In this document: in pieces, positions 9,519-19,378 of the stretch
Position numbering within the stretch: position 1 is the first letter of the stretch
Layout: every line of letters begins with the position of its first letter
Assembly (NCBI GenBank): GCA_030704615.1
Contig: JAKLZA010000036.1
Span: forward strand, 1 to 19,378
Source of the DNA: Takakia lepidozioides
Taxonomy: Eukaryota > Plantae > Bryophyta
Direction of reading: 5' to 3'
Length of the DNA stretch: 19,378 nt
The notes under the pieces: generated by a model
The model's database searches: none
What the model saw: only the letters and a program-made list of their open reading frames with translations
Told to the model about the DNA's origin: nothing
Made by a program: the position numbers and the translations under genes

Positions 9519-11179
9519 TTAAGTCACATGCCCACTGTGATGCCTCACAAAACAGGCTCCCAAGCAGAGAGGCACATCTCCACACATGGAGCAAAAGTGC
9601 CTCTGCCGCCGACCACATGAGGCACATTTCCTCTTATTAAGGCTTCGGAGGGAGTAGTGCATGCCTCCCGGATTCGGTACAGCAGCCCCTAGCATTGCTG
9701 TTGTCGTAGGACCAACCCACCCTTCAACCAACCCATTAGTCATCTCCAAATTGAAAAGTAGATGTGAACGAGGTGTCCGTCCCCTTGATCTCATGAATTC
9801 CAGGTAAAGGATATATCCATTTACAAAACTTGCGTCAATAGAATGGAAGTACAGCCTGTACCACCATTTGTAGTCACGGGTCTATACACTACAATAACCC
9901 CACAATTGGTCCTACACATCCACTCATCTCTGTGCTCTTGGTAATGTTTCAGGACAGGGGAGGTGGGCACAATCTGTGTAGCACCATTGTGCTAGCGCAT
10001 CATGAAGCAAGATGTATCCATAGGGCTCACAACAGTAGAAAGTAAATTCATAGGTTTCTGGTCATACCATGCCCCAACACACCTTTTCTCAGATATGTGC
10101 ATCCTCCACAGCAGCTCCCTCTCTCACCACCTCTCCCTATTTCCAAACAGGAAGGGTATCCCAAACGGTTCGTGTTGACAGTGCCAATATTGGCATATAT
10201 GCTCTCGGCAGCCAAGCCATGAAATAGAACTGGACTGCAAAAATAGTTATCCATAGTTACAATATGCCCATGACCTTTGAAACCAAAAAGAAGCCGAGTC
10301 ACTACTGCATACCCCATGCCATGGGTCAGATCCACTTCATCATCCTTGCCCACGTACACTTCCATTTTCTGAACATACTTAGACTTTGCATTAGCCAAAC
10401 ACCAGAATTTAATTCCCCACTTCATAGGTTTTTTGGGTAGATACCATGGCATATGTATTTTGGCATACTTCCCTTTAAATTTGACCATCATCTCGTGCAC
10501 GCAAAGGTATGTTCAAATTGACAGTAATGTAATTGACAGTAATGTGCATATGCGCGTAATGGGCACTGGAAGAATTCACGGTTTGCTTTCCAACAAAGCT
10601 TAGTATTAGGAAGTTTCTTCAGGCCCATAAGAATATGAACAGCCACCAGGCCCTCAATTCCCTCACTGTCACACATACCAAGACCTCCCCCCATTGCGTC
10701 TTTCCTCCTGGTTCAAAGATTGAGCATACAGGTTTGTCATCATGTAAAACGCATAATGAGAATGTGCCAAAACAGTTTGAAAAAATCAATCGGCCTAGCA
10801 TTTTCACCCAATCACAACCCCATACATCCACATAGGGGACGTTGATAATGAGGCTCTTTCGGACATTGACAGATTAGCACATAGGACTCTCACGTTTGGC
10901 CCAAGATACCCAATTCTTCGAGCAATTGGCTATGCCCACGCACATCGCGATCTTCCACTTGGGGAAAATTGTAGAGAGCACATATTAGGCACATGAGAAG
11001 GAAGATCATGCCCAAAATCGAAATCAGGTGGGTTAGAAACTTTACCCACTTTACCCATCATGCATGCCATCGCCTTCAGCCTCGTCATCTTACTCTGCAG
11101 CAGGTTGCGACAACGAGTCACTATCTCTAATCAAGTCTGCTTCTAGATATTTTAGGGGTGGTTCTTTTTGGGAGGCCAT
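9519..11179 (-). mobile_element. Degenerate piggyBac-superfamily transposase (DDE_Tnp_1_7-like core plus C-terminal Cys-rich domain); element ends not resolved
   Basis: Minus-strand motifs occur in the expected order: PIDFFKLFW..TNLYA, LMGLKKLP..W, (D>H)EMMVKFKG..KKPMKWGIKFWCL, MDNYF, GTVNTNR, WYDQKPMNLLST, VDV*DQ, KWWYRLYF and CASC..CSMC..LCLGACFVRHH. There are multiple stops and frameshifts. The start at 11179 is tentative. Confidence 0.85.
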
Positions 11180-13333
11180 GTGATACGAGCTTCATGGTTA
11201 GGGTTGCGAGAGTGAGGAACAGAGGTGGAGGACAACCACCAGTTCAAGGAGGGTGTGGAAAGGTAAAACAGGGGGTAAAGAGCATATGTGTCTAGCCACT
11301 GTTGCTTCAAAAAAGCAGTGGGATCAACATTTTCGAAAGGTCATCCACCTCGACGGATACGACGATCAACATCATCTAGAGTTTGCAACGTGCCCACGAA
11401 TCCCTGCAATGCTCATTCGGACCAGACAGTGGGCGGAGGGTCACATTATCATATGTTGTCGTTAAGGCGTTGGTGGCGATAGTGGGGCAGGAAGTGCTTT
11501 GGGTAAATCCCCAATGATGCACAAGTAATTTGAGAACCGTGAGAACGCCTTATCAGTACATTCTGTCTCCCTGCATATGTTATAACGCACCATTTGAATC
11601 TAAGGCCCCAAACATACCTATCCTGCTGATTTCCAAGAGTCATCAGTTAAAATTTCAGTCCATTGAAGGTGGGTTTTATGCACAGAGACTTTAGAGACTC
11701 ATGCATGACTGCTACTGGCATCATGTAGCATGCTGAATGTCACAGAACCATCTGAATGGAAAAACCGTCTCTTGGTAGCCCCCTCATTTGTACAGATTGA
11801 GCCAATACTCTGGTGCAGCCTGCAGCGGACTGGTCAGAAGTAGTATCATTAAGGAACCATTGCACAGGGATGCAAGCTTCCATAATTTGGCACTCAACTG
11901 ATGAAGTCTGTAAGATTGGAGCTGAAAGGTTGAGCGAAAAAGTGTGATACGAAGTGACAAGAGGCCACTACAGCACAGGCTGCGACTGGAGGATTGTAAC
12001 AGCATGATCAAAAAAAATCTTGTCCCTCAAATCACACCACTTTTGAGTACTTTTAACTAGCCTGCCTATGGGAGATTTCCAAGTTGGCTCTCAAAATTCT
12101 AGTTATAAGGAGGTAACACACATCACTGATATTAGGAAACTACCATTCATATGTGAGAGAGTGGTTGAACTGGAGGAATACCACTTCATGGATACAGCTT
12201 ACTATGGTGAGTCTAGAAACAGCCACACAACCTTCAAAAAAGCATATTGGCCCCTTAACACAAACTGTAGGACTCCTTCAGGTTCAGATTCGCAGGTGCC
12301 TAGCAGCCACTGCATACAAAGACTAGGTGCAATACCGCAGACTACAGTAGACAAACGGGGGTGTGGAATTGGTGAATCACATATGTAAGTGAAGGACATA
12401 AAGTCACATGCTTACACTTAGTAAAACGAACTCCCCCAACCGTGGTCATACAGGGATCCTCTGCGGTGATTCTCATCTGCATTCAGCAAATTCTGGCAAC
12501 CCCTTTAGCCCTGACACATTCAAATGATTCCTTGAAACATAGAGTGAATCCCAGGCTGAGACAGCAATGGGGTATAACAGCAATACTTTTCAGCAAGCTA
12601 CTAGTATAAAGCATCTTAGAACATCTGAGAATGCAACTTTGTAGGAAATAAAAAACATGGAAAGAATGGACCACCTAGAAAGCGCTGCTTGGTTTAAGAA
12701 GCCATTGCATTGTGACTTATTACAGAAACCTCTTATTACATTACATTCTAATCAATTCATACACTATTTAAGGTTCAGTCAAATTTAAAAGCTTAAGCAG
12801 CTGACTAGCTGTATACCCAAAGATGCCCTCTAGCCAATGCCTAGTCATGCTGGCAAGAACCTTGCTATTAATCAGGAAAAATTCCAATATAAACAAACTA
12901 ATGTGTGTTGTGCTGGCTGGGCTGTCAAAGTGACCACCTACGCTTTTGCTTTCTGAAACTCCAAGCTTGTACGTACCTTGTCATCGAGGCCAGCGAACTT
13001 TTCCTTCCCACAACCTCTCAAACCACAATGGCAGTGTCAGTTGAATAAACCATCATTCTTGATGCTACTCAAGGTTAGTTGAAAGTGCAGGCTGGTGCCT
13101 GTACTACACTCCTCTCGACTCGCCCTTCACCCTTCAAGCTTTCTGGTCCTTTCTACACTAGTATAGACAACAAGCAAATTGTTGTCAGAAGGCTCAGAAT
13201 AAACCCTAGATGTCAAGGACAAGCCCACATTTAAGCTGTAAAATGGAGATGAAAATGGTCATCTTTTGAAGAATTAATGGTCAAAGTCTTCCACTTACAA
13301 ATGGTTGGAAAAAGGAGCCACCCTACACCTAAG

Positions 13334-13668
13334 GAGCCAAAGACTCTTGTATGGGGCCATGGTCTTTATCAGAGGTCGTGGTTGTCTTCGTCGGTAGTGC
13401 CATCACGGGGTGACCTGCTTCCCTTTTCGACGATGGTCTAGGCGACAAATTCGAATAAGTGGCCTCGACAAAAAAAGAGATGGAACACCATCCCTTTGTT
13501 TGTGGGGCTACTTGTGCGAAGTTGTTACCTACTCTAGCCATGTCTTGACCCTCCCCAATCCAAGAAACCTTTGCCCAAGCTCCTGTCTAACCGGAAACCA
13601 TGTATGGACCATTCCATGGCGCCCTTCCACAGCTAAAGACCATGGCCCCAGACAATAGTCTTTGGCTC
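13334..13668. mobile_element. MITE-like element with 35-bp terminal inverted repeats
   Basis: GAGCCAAAGACTCTTGTATGGGGCCATGGTCTTTA (13334-13368) matches the reverse complement of 13634-13668 at 33/35 positions. The flanking TAA/TCA is only a weak TSD match. Confidence 0.6.
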
Positions 13669-14659
13669 TTCACAGTTTCGCTCATCCTGGAAATCTGCAC
13701 CCTTCTTCCTCGCATGCTGTATTGCAAGTGCACCATTCTGTTCACCTCCATGAATACTCTCTTCCTTGACAAACGAATCCTCGGCACTCCACGCATCAAG
13801 AACCACACAATTGTAACTATACAGGATGTTCCCCGGATCCGGTCCCTGCCATTAAAGACACCACATGTGTCACCACTACAAAACTCCGTCCCAGACATCA
13901 ATTGAAGGTCTTCTCACCGCAGGATTCAAGAGCTCCACTTCACCCGCCAAAACTGAATAGGCATACCTTCGTCTCACCAGAGAGAGCATAACGGAAGCTT
14001 CACTTTACAAGTACCTAACTGCAACACGCTGACAGCAAGGTTTACGCCTTGTCACCCTTTTCACGTTTTTCTGTCATCATCTTTTGCCGCCAAGAATGCT
14101 TCAGGACACCCTTTTGAAAGAGGTGGTATTTCGTCTCCTCCGTCTACCAAATATCTACACATTTGAAGAGTTTTTGGTAACAAAACAGAAAAACTTAAAA
14201 AAAGAAGAAAAGAAGGGGACAGCTTGTCACGGCCCTCATTGAAGAAAAAAATTCAAGTTGTTTTCTCTTTGACAGTTTTTTTTAAAAATTAAATTGAAGA
14301 TAAAAAATATTAAAAAACAAATTGAAGATCATCCCCTTCCCCCCAAAGAAGAGAAAAAATTGAAGTAAACTAAAAGAGAAAGTAACCCTGCAAGAGACTC
14401 ACAGCCCTAAAGGCATACAAACAAAAAGAAGTCCCGGGCCGGATCCACAACTGGACTAGGTACATACCAACAGAAGACTGTCTGGACAGACTTGAGCTAC
14501 ATAGCATAATATTTGCGGATGCAACATCCTCATCGGTTTTGTTAGCATTTATCTGTTCATGTTGCGCATTCACTACTTCTTTATTGATGTGCAAACCACC
14601 ATCAAGACTACTACATTACCTCTGTGTGGTGAGGTGGGCGGCATTGAAGGAGCCTTCCC

Positions 14660-14990
14660 CTTCCACCCATCAACTTACACAAAACGGTTAGAGAGAAGAC
14701 TCCGGCCAAATCCAGTGTAACTTAGAGCCAAAACTTTTAGCTTGCATTTTGATTCTTGCAATGAAATCTAGTTCACGCCCACCCATCAACCTCAGCACCA
14801 CCCATATAAAATGACTCGAACCAATGGGTTCGTTTCATCGTGGAATTGAAGCCACCATTTAACTTGAGTATTGATTCGCGAGGTTCCCCATCCTGCCCGC
14901 CCATCAACCTCAGCAAGCACCACCTATACAAATTGACTGACACCCCCCCCCCCCCAATTGCGTAAGGTGATTGATTCGCAGCGTGCAGTC
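14660..14990. repeat. Degenerate tandem repeat, ~117-nt period, about 3 units
   Basis: CCCATCAAC anchors lie at ~14666, ~14782 and ~14900. TTGATTC recurs in each unit. Units 2 and 3 share CCCATCAACCTCAGCA..CACC..TATA.AA.TGACT. Confidence 0.6.
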
Positions 14991-15949
14991 CTGCGTTTGA
15001 CCCAACTCGAGAATCTTGTGTGTGAAGAACAACACAAGAATCAACGCCTCAAGACTTTGCGAGAATGGTGGGATTGGATGGGGCGTCGATGAAATGGAGA
15101 ATCGGAAGAGAAGGAGAAAAGTGGCGATAAAAAGGTGCGGGGGGGGGGCCACGTAGGACAAGAGTAGCGACAAGAGGAAAGGACGCGCAGGGAGGCTGGT
15201 TGGATGTAAGTTAAAAAGGCGTGAAGAGCGCGGGGCAACGCGCAGCAGTAACGAAGCAGGCGGATAACTTAAGGAAGGGCGAGGCGGGGTTGGCAGTAAG
15301 GAAGGTGGGGGGCAGCCTGCTTGTGCGGGGCAACAGTTCTGCGCGAAAAGGAGAGGGCGCACGTCAGAAGTGGGGATTCACGTGGCATTGGGGTGGAGTG
15401 GCAGGGAGGGTACATGGAAGAAAGGAGGAAAGAAAGTGGGGGTGAAGAGTCAAGACGTCAAGACTGAGGAAGGGGTGAGATGAGGGGGCAATTATAGAAG
15501 GGGAGAGGAAGGGGGACCGAGTAAAGAAGGTTGAGCGGTGAAGAGGGATAGAGCGTACACAGACAAGCACTGCACACACTAAAGATAAGTAGGTATAAGG
15601 GGGATGCCTGCACACGGACGGCCGCACGCCTCTAGTAAGTAAGTATGCTAGGTGCAGGGCGGGGCAGGGGCTTGTTGACTGCTCCGGGCCTGCTCCAACA
15701 CTAGTGAGTGAGTGAGCCCTAGTCCACGCGGCAGCTATCGACTACCGCGCTTAGCTACCGTCTTTAGCGATGCCTTCTGTGCATCGACGCCTGGGATTCC
15801 TTGAGTGTGCTTACTCTGTCGTGCTCTGTGCCTCCTTGTCACTAGATGCCCGCTTTCGTCCTCCACGGAAGCCGCCATAGCCAGCATAGCCAGGATTTGT
15901 AGACGGCGGAGCGAGCAGCGAAACCGAAGGATTTCGGAGCTTGCCTGCT

Positions 15950-16520
15950 GTCGTATCTTTCAGGCAAGTGTGTATCCGATTGGGAAGACTATTGTGCAAG
16001 TTATGTCGTGCGAGAGGAGAGACTTTTGTTTGGTTGTCAGGTCTACGTCTGTTGGAAGACTCTTGTGCGAGTCGTTTGCGTGATTTCGGAGATGCTTGTG
16101 TAGGTTGTCCGTTACGGGTCCGTTTGTCGTTGCTGTACCCTGCTCTTCAGGCGAGGTTTGTATGTCCTGATTCTCAAGTCTCTTGATAAGTTATGTGCGT
16201 GATCTCGGAAAGGCTTGCGTAGGTTGACCGGTGCGGTGTGTTTGTCCCCGCTGCCGGAAGAGGTTTGTATGTATGTTGACTGTTTCTCTTAGAGACGTGA
16301 GAAGTCTGTCTGGTACACTATCCGCTCTCCGGGCAAGGGTTGTACGCGTGATTCTGAAGACTCGCTAGTTATGTGCACGATCTCTTCGAGACTTGTGTAG
16401 GTTGTCTGGATCTGTGTTTGTCATCGTTGCTACAGCCCCGCCTTCGAGGCAAGGTTTGTATACCCGGATCCGAACTTGTGTGTGTTAGATGTCGGAGAGA
16501 CTTGTGTTGGTTGTGTGATA
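15950..16520. repeat. Degenerate tandem array of ~110-120-nt units, about 5 partial copies
   Basis: CTTGYGTWGGTTG occurs at 16095, 16214, 16392 and 16501 (variant at 16023). AGGTTTGTA occurs at ~16154, 16261 and 16452. AGTTATGT recurs. Confidence 0.65.
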
Positions 16521-17066
16521 CTCAGCGTGTTTGTCACCTTACACACACGACAGGAAAGCATGGGCTTTTGAGGTTCTTGTTTAGAAGGCTATACAGGGAG
16601 AAGGATCGGGGAGGATTCTGCTATAGAGCCATCGCGGTCCTCTAGGATCGCCATGTTTTAATGTGCCTTGGTGGCTCGACAATCCTTATCTGTTGAAAAT
16701 CTCCTAGATGCGTGATCTTGTTCCAGGAAGTCGTTGTTAGATCCTTTTGTGGACTATATCAGATCACTTGCCCTTCTGCAGAATGACCTTCTACAGACAG
16801 CACCTATCTCGTCATGGTGATAATGGGAAGATTCGAATGTTAATACACCTGCAATTGCGAAGGAGTGTTTCACATGCTGGCTTACTCAAATTGTTCTTTG
16901 GTATTGGACATCTCATCCCAAACTCATCTTAGGCCCTGCTTTTCTGTCTAGTGTTGTATGTAGAAGAATGGCATACATACCAGTGCTGAGCTTTGAGTTT
17001 AATGTTGCTGGACTCGCAGGTACAGATTCGCATAGAGTTCTCCTTAACCTGGTACAAACTCTAGCA

Positions 17067-18807
17067 ATGGGATCTGATGGCTCGATGGAACTGGTTCCAC
17101 AAGAAAGGCAGAAAGCAGCCTCTAGGAGGAAGAAAAGCGCCACACAAGTTGAAGTTTTGGAGAGGCTCTATGCTGGTAATTCCTCTGCAGTGCCTTTTTT
17201 TGGGTGGGGGAGGGGGTGTCTGTGGTGTGGATGGTTGTGGTATCCCTCCAATTCCTTGATCCTGGACAGCCAACATGAATCATTTATGTTTGCCTACACC
17301 AGAAATGATTCAATGTCCACATTTTTCCAGTTCACAGCAAAGGGAAATTTGTTGTATGAACGTTTAGTGTGTTGCTATACCTTACAATTATTTGCTGTAA
17401 CACCTTCCAAATGTTAAGTGGTTCTCGAACTGTATGGTCCACAGAGGCGAGGTATCCTCCAGAGGAAGCACGAATAGCAATAAGCCAGGCACTTGGATTG
17501 TCAGAGAAGCAGCTTCAAGTTTGGTTCACACACAGACGGTACAAGGACAGGCGCGATGGTATAGAGGATGTGCAACTGACAACGCATCAGAATCGTGACA
17601 AAGTTGACGTGCTAAGTGATGAACCCCAGGGTGGCAAGAAAGGGGCAATTGATTTGAACAGCACAGATGATGTGTCCGAAGATGGGTATCCTGCTACAGT
17701 TGTTACTGAGGAGCGCAATGATAAGGCCCTGCTGGAGAACAAAAATGGCATGAAAGTTAATAATTGTCGGTCTGAAGAAAAGGAGAATGCAAAGAAGGCT
17801 GCCAAGAGAAAAGCTCTTGCAAACTCAAAGGAATCAAAGAAGGCACAGCAAAAACCAGCAGTTTCTAAGCCAAAAGTGCCCTCCAGGGCAGAGATTGAGA
17901 TGGCTGCGATTATTGCTGTCGAGGCCCAGTTATGTGGACCATTGCGAGAAGATGGCCCTCCTCTTGGTCTCGAGTTTGATGTGTTACCCCCTGATGCCTT
18001 CCAACATTTAGATATCACAGAAGGTGAACCAAAATTTCATTCTCCCTTATTTTGAGTGGACCTTTTGCATCTTCTTCCAGACAATTGTCTCACAGCTTTC
18101 GAGCAGAGATATGCTGCTGTTTGGCATCTGAAGGCTGTCAATACAACCACTGAGGGTCATCTACAGAGTCTCGGGCTGGATACGCATAGCTGATAGTAGT
18201 TATCTGGAGAGGACCTGAGCATGGTAGCATTAACAAGTACCTACTTATGTGTTAGATTGAAAATGATGTATAGATTGCTCAGTATTCATGAACTTTTTGT
18301 TTGAGCATTTGAATGACACTTTTTCCAGGGAAAGCGGGTCTTTTGGTGGCTTCCTTATATCTGTATAGCTTTTAATGGCAGCTCTTGGAAACATGCAACT
18401 TCCAGGATTAATTTGTGAGAGGTTTCGTTGTATCATCAAGTTTGCTAACAATTTCCTGTGCCCTCCACAAGTGTGTTTGTGTTCGCCTATGACAGTTGTA
18501 AGTTGTGAATTGGCAGGTTTTGGCAATGAAGGTGGAATGATAAATTTTGTTGAGAAAACTGAACCCAAGGGCAAGTGGGGAAAGGACCTGCCAGAGAAGA
18601 AGAAAAGAAAGGTAGCTGGCTACCATATCATCTATTGTTTTGTTGGAGAGAAAGTTTGTCTCTTGAGATGGTTCTTGTTTTGAATATGGGTTTTGAATCG
18701 CAATATTTATGGTTAACTTTGCCAAACCTTTGAGGTAACTCATATTTTGCTTGTCCTGGCTGCAGGGTGGAACACTCAAATCGACCAAGGGAGAAGATGG
18801 GTGCTAA
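17067..18807 (+). CDS. Homeodomain protein of the RINGLET/homeobox-DDT type, short form, join(17067..17175,17445..18023,18517..18611,18766..18807), 274 aa
   Basis: The spliced homeodomain reads RRKKSATQVEVLERLYA/EARYPPEEARIAISQALGLSEKQLQVWFTHRRYKDRR. The family motif LREDGPPLGLEFDVLPPDAF is present. GT-AG introns give a total of 825 nt ending TAA. The last two exons rest on splice signals and phase only. Confidence 0.8.
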
Positions 18808-19378
18808 GAGGCAACTTTGGTGATTGAAGGGTGTGTTGCTCTTACTGTCCATCACCATGAATTGGCATTGACAACTGCTGCTGAATGTCATGTTGCCTGC
18901 AATCTGTGGATGTCATGGTAGATTGTGTTGTTTTCATTGTTTTTTGGCTTTTGACTGTTACTATGTTGGGAGTGGTTCTATACAAGATGGTCGTGTTGGT
19001 GATATTATCTGTTCTTTTGTTGTTTTGCTTTCTATGTAAGTTTCTGTGATATCGATCAGGTTAAGATTGGTTTGCCAATTCTTCTAGAAAAGAGCCTCAT
19101 TTTTACCTTGGGATCTTCGTCCAACTACTTTTTTACACGCGGTTAGTGCATAGTACATGATTGTGGATATCCATCATGTACCCATGATACATGTTCATAC
19201 TGGTAAAGACTTTTGGGAATTGAAACCTTACCTGGGTTTTCTCTTTGCCCAGATCCAGGGATAGGTAGTTTGTTTGAGAAGCTCTGAAAGGAGGTGAAAG
19301 GGAGTGAATAAACCATAGGTCAATCTTTCCTTCCAGGTCATCAAAGAAATGTGTCCCTGGTGATTGTCTCCTAATGTG

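Noticed and set aside
11455-11475. TTAA at 11462 as the right end of the piggyBac
   Set aside because: The adjacent sequence is not an inverted match to the 8290-8310 candidate left end.
11625-11650. Minus-strand CTGATGA...GAAA as a hammerhead ribozyme
   Set aside because: There is no proper stem II closing pair and no supporting stems I/III.
14910-15627. Pro/Leu/Ser-rich and Gly/Arg-rich ORFs
   Set aside because: These are by-products of strong purine/pyrimidine skew, with no recognisable domain.
15950-16520. CRISPR-like array
   Set aside because: The context is eukaryotic, the repeats are degenerate with related spacers, and there are no cas genes.

Overview
Eukaryotic window from a land plant, probably an early-diverging lineage (inference), with two compartments. 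Bases 1 to ~5000 are AT-rich chloroplast-type DNA carrying the conserved cluster rpl16 (group II intron)-rpl14-rps8-infA-rpl36-rps11-rpoA. It is in unedited genomic form and needs many C-to-U edits (ACG start, CAA stop, CGT at zinc-ligand Cys codons). rps8, infA, rps11 and rpoA also carry small frameshifting indels. It is either a very young NUPT or a plastid/nuclear assembly chimera. From ~5000 the DNA is nuclear. It holds a 5-exon cytosolic 40S ribosomal protein SA (uS2) gene with telo-boxes and a 5-nt insertion that creates an overlapping ATGA stop/start, and a decayed piggyBac-superfamily transposase on the minus strand. Further on are a MITE-like inverted repeat, two degenerate ~110-120 bp tandem arrays, and a 4-exon RINGLET-type homeobox gene that appears to lack the DDT half. 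I found no convincing wholly new multi-gene system. The best leads are the piggyBac fossil in a land plant, the editing-rich plastid insert and the RPSA stop/start. All alignments were done by eye against remembered consensus sequences; no searches were run.
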